Origin: a virus
Lineage: Duplodnaviria; Caudoviricetes
Strand: one strand, 5' to 3'
Virus record (IMG/VR): IMGVR_UViG_3300010151_000010
Span: 14,778-78,777 of that record
Length of the DNA: 64,000 nt
The notes below the pieces were generated by a model. The model saw only the letters and a list, made by a program, of their open reading frames with translations. It made no database searches and was not told the origin of the DNA. Positions 22,429 through 30,293 of the stretch are shown piece after piece (the stretch's first letter is position 1; each line of letters begins with the position of its first letter). A program made the translations under genes and the position numbers.

Positions 22429-22476
22429 CCTTCCTTAAATCTATTCAATTCCTTTAGCGAAGTGAAGGTTCGTATC

Positions 22477-22523
22477 CCCTCATCAATGTTATTCTCAACA
22501 TACAGATATTTCATTCACTCACC
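22477..22523. repeat. 47-bp exact direct repeat, copy 2
   Basis: Identical to 22125-22171. Covers the chaperonin stop, the RBS and the MKYLYVENNIDEG codons. Confidence 0.95.
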
Positions 22524-24047
22524 CCTCTTGGCAATCATGTCGTCAATCTTGAGGATTGAGGTTGTGACTTCGGTTGCGCTCAGAACTGCTTGTCTAACCA
22601 ACGATACAGGCTCCATCACGTTATTGTCTAACATCGAGACGATGCCCTCATGCTCTAAATCCGGCCCCATATCAGTCACCCCGTCTTGTATAGAGTGTCT
22701 GAGTGCAAGGATGCAGTCGAGGGGGTCTTGGCCCCCATTCTCCGCTATCGTGGCTGGAATTATCTCCAACGAGTCAGCAAATGCTTCTATCGCCATCTGC
22801 GCTCTTCCCGACACTGAAGCGGCTTCGGAACGAAGATGGGATGCCATAGCCGCGTATGTGCTACCGCCTCCCGGCACTACACTGTCGCCATTCTTCACCA
22901 ATGATACTACACCGAGCGCATCATCAAATCCTCGCTCTATCTCATCGAGTGTAGTGGTGGTTGCACCTCGCAATACAAGCGTGGATTGGTCTGAATCAAC
23001 CACTCCTTGCACGAAAATGTAATTCACATCATAATGTCGCTCTTTGTGGACCTTTGCCTGTGCGGCGCATTCTATGTCCGAAGGGGTCTGAGCCACTGAA
23101 AGGCCAAGAGTCGCTGAGAGCGCACGCATTGTGCTTTGTGGGAGGTTTCTGATAGTATGGACATTGTTCTTTCGCAGATAGTTTACTACGCTGTCTAACG
23201 CACCGTCTCTTACAAAGACCAAACCTCCTTCCGGTAAGTGTTCGCTTATCTGTTTCGCTTGCTCCAACACTCCTTCATTGGTGGATGATTTGAATTGTGT
23301 ATATCCCTGCATATCTAATTGGACAGTCACATTGTCTTCTGTCTTCTGTGGCTCAAGCCCTCCATTCAAAAGGACAATGTGTAAATCTCCATTTATCTCG
23401 TCTTCAATGACCAAATCTTTATTGATGATTGCTCCATTGAAGAGATACGAGTCTTTCAGGCTCCCGCCCGGAAGACATAGGACTCTTACTTTCTCGGCAT
23501 CTCCTGCCTTCTCCACCGCCGAGACGCACAGATGCGCTACGGTATCGAGCGCTGCATCAACAGTCTTTCCGGTTATCGCCGTCTTTGCGACTGCGTATTC
23601 GGCATGGCTGTTTGTTTCTAAGTGACTATCACTCACATACGAGTGTTCTGTATTCTTCAAAGCAATTTCATTCATTAGGTAATCCACTGCCATAGTAGCA
23701 GCATCGTTGTAGCCTTTACATACAACATTAGGGTGAAGCCCTTTATTCAGAAGCGCCGCACTGTTAGTCAACAATTCACCAGCAAGCACAACGGCTGTGG
23801 TAGTGCCGTCGTAGCACAGGCTTTCCTGTGTTTGCGAACACTCGATTATCATCTTCCCAGCGGGATGACTTACGTCGAGTTCACGGAGAATTGTTGCTCC
23901 GTCGTTGGTCACGATGGTGTTCCCACCATCGTCAACCAGCAATTTGTCGCGCCCAAGCGGCCCAAGCGTGGTCTTCACCGTTTTCACAATCGTCTTTACT
24001 GCCTCTATGTTGCTTCTTAATGTCGTTTCACTATCTCCTTCTGTCAT
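22515..24047 (-). CDS. ths: Group II chaperonin (thermosome subunit)
   Basis: TTLGPLGRDKLL, TNDGATIL, DGTTT, VPGGG, AFADSLEIIP and ILKIDD motifs. Confidence 0.95.
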   Translation of the reverse strand: MTEGDSETTLRSNIEAVKTIVKTVKTTLGPLGRDKLLVDDGGNTIVTNDGATILRELDVSHPAGKMIIECSQTQESLCYDGTTTAVVLAGELLTNSAALLNKGLHPNVVCKGYNDAATMAVDYLMNEIALKNTEHSYVSDSHLETNSHAEYAVAKTAITGKTVDAALDTVAHLCVSAVEKAGDAEKVRVLCLPGGSLKDSYLFNGAIINKDLVIEDEINGDLHIVLLNGGLEPQKTEDNVTVQLDMQGYTQFKSSTNEGVLEQAKQISEHLPEGGLVFVRDGALDSVVNYLRKNNVHTIRNLPQSTMRALSATLGLSVAQTPSDIECAAQAKVHKERHYDVNYIFVQGVVDSDQSTLVLRGATTTTLDEIERGFDDALGVVSLVKNGDSVVPGGGSTYAAMASHLRSEAASVSGRAQMAIEAFADSLEIIPATIAENGGQDPLDCILALRHSIQDGVTDMGPDLEHEGIVSMLDNNVMEPVSLVRQAVLSATEVTTSILKIDDMIAKRGE

Positions 24048-24217
24048 TTTTCTTCCCCCTGTAATCTTTCTAAGTCCTCTTCAAAGCACTCTTGAGTGCA
24101 ATATCCTACTGTAAATCCAATCTCACTATTTGATGGCTTGTCGCAAACCCAACAGAAAAACAATATGTTGGCTCCTTCGGGAATAACTTCGTGTAGTAGG
24201 AATCCTTCATCATCCAT
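24044..24217 (-). CDS. Micro zinc-binding protein (57 aa, CWVC...CTQEC)
   Basis: Translated by hand, coupled at both ends. Confidence 0.55.
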   Translation of the reverse strand: MDDEGFLLHEVIPEGANILFFCWVCDKPSNSEIGFTVGYCTQECFEEDLERLQGEEK

Positions 24218-24495
24218 TATTCCTCTTCCTCCGATGGGTAGTCTTTTTTGATGGGGTTGGCATCTTCCGCTTCGGCTAATATCTCATATGTCTCCTTCAA
24301 TGTAGCCGGTTTTCGCAAATACGGATAGCCTACTTCTTCTGCAAGTTTAGATGCTACCCTACTTATGTCGTATAGATTTCTTCCACCCTGTATCATGCTG
24401 AACAATATGTCTAATGCTCGCTTGAGTTTGTAGTTCTCGTCGTCTGTCGTATCGTCTATTTCGGGCAATTCGCCTCTTGGTTTGTATTCTACCAT
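24217..24495 (-). CDS. Hypothetical protein
   Basis: Coupled ORF with an acidic EEEE end. Confidence 0.6.
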   Translation of the reverse strand: MVEYKPRGELPEIDDTTDDENYKLKRALDILFSMIQGGRNLYDISRVASKLAEEVGYPYLRKPATLKETYEILAEAEDANPIKKDYPSEEEE

Positions 24496-25097
24496 CCTAT
24501 CTCAACCTCCACTATGTCTCCGGTCTCAAATGACCTTGACTTCAATACACCATTGTCTTTCCCATACTTGTATAGGTCATACGTTAGTTTGGCGTCTTTG
24601 AGGCAGTAATCACATACTTCCTCATATTTTCCTTCTCTCCAGCCTATGGGCGCATCAACGCTTTTCATGCTCTTGCTTTCTCCCAAATTGTGAGTGGAGA
24701 GTGATTGAAGAGATGACTCAAGTTTACCGTATGATAACGACGCCTTCTGAAAGAGTAGTTTAGTATCAATCACATTCTCAGATTTCTGCATTACATCTCC
24801 TATCGCCCAGCAGTCGAGTGACTGCTTGAGGACAGGAAAGTCGAATCCGATAATGTTGTGACCGAGCATTTTTCCGCCTTTCGTGACGTGGTCGCTTATG
24901 TGGTCGCCAAGAACCCTTGGATGAAGGTCATGTGTTTCACACCCGTCGAGAGTCACGTCTGCTTTCGTGAAGATGTGTCCTTCCGTTCCATTCCATGTGG
25001 CTACGACTGATGTGTCGAAGAGGGCTTTGTTATCCCAACCGCCAATCTCCCATGAGTAATTGCTCGTCTCTATGTCTAATGCCATTATGTCCGTCAT
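24489..25097 (-). CDS. DEDDy 3'-5' exonuclease (RNase H-like, YprB-like)
   Basis: ALDIET (ExoI), GHNIIGFDFPVL (ExoII), YCLKD (ExoIII). Alternative start at 25136. Confidence 0.85.
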   Translation of the reverse strand: MTDIMALDIETSNYSWEIGGWDNKALFDTSVVATWNGTEGHIFTKADVTLDGCETHDLHPRVLGDHISDHVTKGGKMLGHNIIGFDFPVLKQSLDCWAIGDVMQKSENVIDTKLLFQKASLSYGKLESSLQSLSTHNLGESKSMKSVDAPIGWREGKYEEVCDYCLKDAKLTYDLYKYGKDNGVLKSRSFETGDIVEVEIGW

Positions 25098-25208
25098 TCC
25101 TGCATCATCTCCCTTGGGTATGCTGCACACATACATAGTTCGAGTTCATACTCTCCATCAACATTTTGGTAGCATACTACACCGCGCCCTTTGCATTCGA
25201 CGCACTTC

Positions 25209-26621
25209 TTATGCTTTCTTACTGACATTCTTGAACTCCTCCTTCAGTCGCACATACCCTGTAGTGCCATCTTTAGCATTATCATACAATTTCACTGCCC
25301 ATTTCGCATAGTGAGCGTAGCCTGTGCCACGAGTGACTCCTGTTTGTGATAGGTAAGCGCCAATTACTCCGTTCTTTTTGCGCCATCCGTCGCCCTTGTT
25401 CCCAAGTTCCACAGACTCGGTGGCTTGGTAAGCCACTATCCACTTGTTCCTTTGTGTTGCTCTTTCAGCCACTTTCGGTCCAATCTCGACTTCACCTTCA
25501 AGCCACTGTATGAGATTCTTGAATAGGTCATACAGAATCTCCGTTGCCATATCCACGTGGTCGCCCGTCACAATCCATTCATTATCCAGCATAGCCATGT
25601 GCGTCGATAGGATAGCCGTGTAGTTCTCCATAGCGGGTATGAAGGATGCCACTACATCGCTGATGCCCGGTCCTAATCCATCCATCAATTCGTAGTAGTC
25701 GTCTATCGAACCAGCAAGTGCGGCATAGAATGTTCCCTCATCTGCACTGAACATCTCAGTCATACAATCCTGTAATATGGTTTCTTGCTCCGCTCTCGAC
25801 ATGGCATCCCATTCAACGAAGGAGGTTTCCGTGAGTTCAAGCACCTTGTCTCTTAATCTCTTTTCCAATGAGACGAAGTATTCCACTATCTCATCGTAAG
25901 ACACTTTCATTTTAGGCACGCTTTTGTAGCACTTTTCCGCTCTCATTTGACTGACGTTTTTCCTTCTATCCATGCTCCAATTCGACCAATATAGCAGAAC
26001 TCGTTGGAAGATTCCTTTCGTCAACACATATTCCTTGACGCCAGCAGGTGGATATGTGGTAATCCACAGTGATACCAGCGATTCAGTTTCGATTCGTCCT
26101 TGTTTAGTATGCTTGACGAGGACGTTATTGTTGCTTCCAACCGGATTACACGCCGATTGAAGATACAGAACCGTCTCTTGGCTATGCTTGTTTGGATTGA
26201 GGATGATTGAACCCTCATCGAAGTTCAACGCCTTTCGTCCGTTCAAGAAGCCTTCTTTTAATTCGACTTCCTTGTTTCCATCCACCAATGTTTCCTCGAA
26301 CCCGCCTATCAATCCTGCGTCAGTTCCTGTGGTATAGAGGTCGGTGGGAATCCCCACGTCCTTCAATACGTCACCTACAAACTCCCATGCGATTGACTTA
26401 CCCGTTCTGCTTGACTGAATCCAAAACGAATGCACACGTGGGTCCAAGTGGGTTGCCCCCCAAGGTATACGCACGTATGGCACTGCTAATTGGCCCTGCA
26501 CAAAGAAGAACGATAGCATCGCTGGTATATCGTTGTCCATTGATATGTTCCCAAAGTGCTTGACGTAGCCGTCAAACACGGAGAACTTCTTCACTGCTTC
26601 ATATTCACTTGCTTTCTTCAT
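25209..26621 (-). CDS. AAA+ ATPase, MCM-like putative replicative helicase
   Basis: Walker A SSRTGKS, 'TTGTDAGLIG', Walker B LNFDEG, arginine finger GIFQR, replication context. Confidence 0.65.
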   Translation of the reverse strand: MKKASEYEAVKKFSVFDGYVKHFGNISMDNDIPAMLSFFFVQGQLAVPYVRIPWGATHLDPRVHSFWIQSSRTGKSIAWEFVGDVLKDVGIPTDLYTTGTDAGLIGGFEETLVDGNKEVELKEGFLNGRKALNFDEGSIILNPNKHSQETVLYLQSACNPVGSNNNVLVKHTKQGRIETESLVSLWITTYPPAGVKEYVLTKGIFQRVLLYWSNWSMDRRKNVSQMRAEKCYKSVPKMKVSYDEIVEYFVSLEKRLRDKVLELTETSFVEWDAMSRAEQETILQDCMTEMFSADEGTFYAALAGSIDDYYELMDGLGPGISDVVASFIPAMENYTAILSTHMAMLDNEWIVTGDHVDMATEILYDLFKNLIQWLEGEVEIGPKVAERATQRNKWIVAYQATESVELGNKGDGWRKKNGVIGAYLSQTGVTRGTGYAHYAKWAVKLYDNAKDGTTGYVRLKEEFKNVSKKA

Positions 26622-26725
26622 TTTCTTTTCTCTCCCCTTTTCTCCTGTCCGAGTATTCCTTCGTCCCGTCTATACACTCGTATTTAATTCTCCCTGTTTA
26701 GACATTACTTCGGAATAATCGTATT

Positions 26726-26748
26726 TACTATCTTCGTTTAAATACCAA
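26726..26748 (-). promoter_or_regulatory. Conserved 23-nt viral promoter element TTGGTATTTAAACGAAGATAGTA (copy 1 of 7)
   Basis: Exact copy with a TTTAAA TATA-like core, upstream of the helicase gene. Confidence 0.85.
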
Positions 26749-26749
26749 A

Positions 26750-27430
26750 TCAATTGAACACCTTCCTTTCGACGTGAACAGGAGATTCGCTAGTTAATGC
26801 CTTGATGATTTTCTTTGCTGACTTGTCGCCCAACCCTTTCACCTTCTTGAGTGAGTCTAAGAAAAGCATCTCTTCAATAGAGCCACATTCCTTGAGTAAT
26901 CTATCAGCCATGACTGAACCTATGCCGGGTATGCACAGAAGTATGTCCTTCCGCACATCGTTTGTGCTGACCCTACGTATTCCCTGTGCGCCATGTTGAG
27001 ACGCTGGCTTGTGGAGTTTGTTGTGTAGTTTCACCACGAATGAGGCGGCTTCACTGACGTTTGGAGTAAACAAGACTTGGCAGTCAAAATCTGCCATAGT
27101 GCGCGCTATGAGTCCTACCATCTTACTTTGGATGCGGCTGTATGAATGCTTCTTGTTCATTTTGACGTAGGCTGATATACTGCCGTGTATCAATAAGAAG
27201 AAGCGTTCGTAATTAGCATCCATGTTATCCAATTGCTTCCACAGGTGTCCGGTGTCGCAAGAATGGAGGAAGTCGCTAACCGATTTGGCTTCGATGCACG
27301 CCGCACCTAACAGGTAGTCGCCAACCACAAGCGTCTTTCTTTCAACACACAAGCCTGCATTTTCGGCCTTGCGTATCACGGATTCGCATAATTTGCCTCT
27401 CTCGTTGGTGTCTATGAATAAGTCAGTCAT
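26750..27430 (-). CDS. ERCC4/XPF-family structure-specific nuclease with tandem HhH
   Basis: IDTNE, GDY, IEAKSVSDFLHS, and HhH motifs IPGIG and VKGLG. Confidence 0.9.
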   Translation of the reverse strand: MTDLFIDTNERGKLCESVIRKAENAGLCVERKTLVVGDYLLGAACIEAKSVSDFLHSCDTGHLWKQLDNMDANYERFFLLIHGSISAYVKMNKKHSYSRIQSKMVGLIARTMADFDCQVLFTPNVSEAASFVVKLHNKLHKPASQHGAQGIRRVSTNDVRKDILLCIPGIGSVMADRLLKECGSIEEMLFLDSLKKVKGLGDKSAKKIIKALTSESPVHVERKVFN

Positions 27431-27434
27431 CCGT

Positions 27435-27650
27435 TCACCTCCTGTGCATCGCACACATATTCTTTTTTGATTCGGGAAGACGTCTAAGTTTGCACCTCTT
27501 CCCTTTCGCAGTTAAGGCGATGCAACGGTCTTCATCCTTTGGATAATTGAAACAAGGCTGACATAATTTTCTGAATGAGTATTTTCCATTCACTTTTCTT
27601 TGGGGGTTCCTATGGCTTAACTTGGCGCCACATTCACTACACTCTCTCAT
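27435..27650 (-). CDS. Small zinc-binding protein
   Basis: CSEC, CQPC, 'CIALTAKGKRCK...C.MH'. Confidence 0.6.
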   Translation of the reverse strand: MRECSECGAKLSHRNPQRKVNGKYSFRKLCQPCFNYPKDEDRCIALTAKGKRCKLRRLPESKKNMCAMHRR

Positions 27651-28750
27651 AGCAAATCCTCCGCAGTTCCATCGTAATACTTGCATTTACCTGCACACAG
27701 GCCTTCTTGCATCAAAGTTTCACAACGTGCGTGAGCATAACCCTTGAACACTATGCTCTCGACTTGGGTTCTCGTTATGTTTTCGTTCCAATCGACCCAT
27801 CCTTGCTCCGAGCATATCTGCACAATCTGCTCAACGTGCTTCGGCAAGTCTTCTTTCGGCACATTATCAATCGGAAAGAACCAACGAAGCCTGTCTGCGA
27901 GATAGGACGCGAGATGGTATCTCGCTCTATGTGTTGGATTACCGGCTCCAAGAGCCGCTTGGACTATACAAGGCAGAACTTTGATTGAGCCTAACGAGAC
28001 TGTGGGTAAATCAGATACATTCTTTCGCTCTTTCTTGCTAAAGGCATTATTCTTCTTAGGCAGAATGAGTTTGAGTGGTTTGCTTCCTTGAGCGATGTAG
28101 CCACGTCTGTAATCCTGTGCTATTTCGTAAATAGTCTCGAAATCTAAGGACATGAGTTCATCACTTTCAATCGGTATAACCCAACACCCTCTCTTTGCGT
28201 TGTAGGAGTTAGGGATGCGTATCATTCCCGCAAGGTCGAATGCAACAGTAGGGTCGTTGCATGAGAGGTTGAGGTTATCATGCCAGCGCTTCATTAGCCT
28301 CCTTCCGGCACTTTTGATTCTCGTCACCTCCAATCCGTCTATTGGTAGGAATGTTTCAGATAAAGGAATATAGATGTGAAATCCACCTCCTGTGAAGAAG
28401 ATGTAGTGTTGGTAGCCATTGTCCAACAGATGTTTGTGAAGCCGTTGCACTTGTTCCTGCATGAAGGAGAAATCAACATCAACACCTCCATTCTTGAAGT
28501 CCTTGCAGTCGAAGTCCATTACAAAGTGTCTGACTATTGCAGTATTGTATTCGACTCTATGGTGCTTGGGTGCTTGGGTGCTTCGATACCCATATGCGGT
28601 ATGATACGCATTACCAGACCCGTTCTTTCCTTTCCAATACTTCTCCAACGCTTCCCAATCGCGGACGATATAACGCCCACCATGCTTACCGCTCGAACTC
28701 ACTTCGAGGACTTCTCTTGGGAAGTCGCGTATCAATGACGCAAACGCCAT
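27647..28750 (-). CDS. Archaeo-eukaryotic primase, PriS catalytic domain fused to a PriL-like Fe-S C-terminal domain
   Basis: MDFD, FTGGGFHIY and D...IRIPNSYN AEP motifs; C-terminal LPCI...H.AR...CETL..GLC..KC. Confidence 0.85.
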   Translation of the reverse strand: MAFASLIRDFPREVLEVSSSGKHGGRYIVRDWEALEKYWKGKNGSGNAYHTAYGYRSTQAPKHHRVEYNTAIVRHFVMDFDCKDFKNGGVDVDFSFMQEQVQRLHKHLLDNGYQHYIFFTGGGFHIYIPLSETFLPIDGLEVTRIKSAGRRLMKRWHDNLNLSCNDPTVAFDLAGMIRIPNSYNAKRGCWVIPIESDELMSLDFETIYEIAQDYRRGYIAQGSKPLKLILPKKNNAFSKKERKNVSDLPTVSLGSIKVLPCIVQAALGAGNPTHRARYHLASYLADRLRWFFPIDNVPKEDLPKHVEQIVQICSEQGWVDWNENITRTQVESIVFKGYAHARCETLMQEGLCAGKCKYYDGTAEDLL

Positions 28751-28751
28751 A

Positions 28752-29093
28752 TTACTCAGCCATATCCTTGTATCTTCGATGGATTTTTACTGCTAAGGAC
28801 GCTGGCCCTTCGGGAAACAAGTTCTTCTCAGTATACGTAAATGCGCGCTTGTCTATCACAACGTCAAGAACGTGAAAATACGGAACTTCTGCGTTCTCTT
28901 CGGTGTAATAATCAAGCGTCATCTGCTTGGTTAATTGGGCCTTGAAATCTCCCGTTCCCAACATACCGTAAGTTACATTCACTTCCATATTCTTATCCTC
29001 TCCCTTCAACATCTCAGACAAAATGTTTGCCGTTCTATTTACTTTTTCTTTCAGTTCACTCTTCTTCATTCTCATATTCGTTTCCTCCTTCAT
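28752..29093 (-). CDS. Hypothetical protein
   Basis: ORF within the replication operon. Confidence 0.55.
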   Translation of the reverse strand: MKEETNMRMKKSELKEKVNRTANILSEMLKGEDKNMEVNVTYGMLGTGDFKAQLTKQMTLDYYTEENAEVPYFHVLDVVIDKRAFTYTEKNLFPEGPASLAVKIHRRYKDMAE

Positions 29094-30162
29094 TCATTCC
29101 CCAAGCCGGACACAGTTCCATAAACGAACAGTAAGAGCAATTTGTCATTGTCTCTCCATTAGGTGTTCTCCATTCTCGTATTTTAGGTTCAAATGAATCA
29201 TATAGGTGCCCTTTCACAAGGTTCTGTATTTTTCTCATCGCAGTTCGAGGGGCGAATTGTGTCTTTCGTGTTCCGGTTTCTTCTAATTCCCATTCTGCTC
29301 TATCGCCTCCGTTCACATATCCTCTTGGGAACTCCCAAGCCCAATGTGTGATAGGAAGGAAATCACTGTATTCTCCTTCTTCAAGCATCATTCTGTAAAT
29401 CTGCATTTCCACTCTCATCTTAGTGGCAGTCTTCTTCTCTCGCCATTTACCTGTCTTAAGTTCCATCAGTATGAATCCGCCCTCTCCATCCGAGAAGATG
29501 GTATCAATGAATCCTCGGAGATGGACAGGATATTTTTCGCCATCCACTTCCACCATAACGACGCCGTGCGCTGATACTTCGTTTCCTACAGGCATCCAAT
29601 CCATCATATCCATATCAGGAGTGGAGCAGACGAGAAATCTATCCCACTGCCAATCAAACCATTTTCGTATGACTACTTCTTCTCCAAATTGATATGGGAG
29701 TGGAGGTGTAGGTATCACTTGCCACAGAATATCCTTCGCAAGCATTTTCTTCCCTTCTTTTAGCAAGGCGCTGGCGACCTCAAGCGGAGTGCTATCGTCC
29801 GTTTTCTGATTCTGCGGACACGTCTCGTCGTAGCGATTGTGGTTCAGATTGTTGCAGATACATTCTGGCTCATGGGGAGGCTCATCCACGTTATCCCAGA
29901 AATACTCGACTATGCTATGCACGTTCGTTCCACGAATCATATCGTCGTTTTCTGGCTCGGAGAGGCGATAGATGTGCTTGAGTTTGTATTGATGAGGACA
30001 CCAATCATAGTCGTTGATAGACGATTTACTTGCCCTCAGTATCATATCCTTCATGTCGGGTGTCCAATTATAGCACGACCTGTTGTATGATTCAAGCAGT
30101 TTCGGCGTATGCGCTTCAGTGCGCCGCTCGAAGAAAGCCTCTTCATTCGGATTAAACTTCAT
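29056..30162 (-). CDS. Cas4/RecB-like PD-(D/E)XK exonuclease
   Basis: WCP...GTNVH, GFIDTI, ELKTG, QIY, C-terminal CSYC...CP Fe-S cysteines. Confidence 0.85.
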   Translation of the reverse strand: MKFNPNEEAFFERRTEAHTPKLLESYNRSCYNWTPDMKDMILRASKSSINDYDWCPHQYKLKHIYRLSEPENDDMIRGTNVHSIVEYFWDNVDEPPHEPECICNNLNHNRYDETCPQNQKTDDSTPLEVASALLKEGKKMLAKDILWQVIPTPPLPYQFGEEVVIRKWFDWQWDRFLVCSTPDMDMMDWMPVGNEVSAHGVVMVEVDGEKYPVHLRGFIDTIFSDGEGGFILMELKTGKWREKKTATKMRVEMQIYRMMLEEGEYSDFLPITHWAWEFPRGYVNGGDRAEWELEETGTRKTQFAPRTAMRKIQNLVKGHLYDSFEPKIREWRTPNGETMTNCSYCSFMELCPAWGMNEGGNEYENEEE

Positions 30163-30293
30163 TCAGAACACCCCTCACATCTCATATTGGTGAATGGTTT
30201 TCGACAGTTTGGACAAGTAGGCGCTCCATTTACCATATAGGTCGTAGTAAACCCATGCCATCCACATACACATTGCGATAACATTTCAATCAC
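30159..30293 (-). CDS. Micro zinc-finger protein
   Basis: CVCG...CPNC...CEGC, start position uncertain. Confidence 0.45.
   Translation of the reverse strand: MIEMLSQCVCGWHGFTTTYMVNGAPTCPNCRKPFTNMRCEGCSE

Noticed and set aside
22125-22523. 47-bp repeats as attL/attR of an integrated element or IS target duplication
   Set aside because: No integrase, transposase, tRNA or terminal inverted repeats, and the enclosed segment is only ~300 bp
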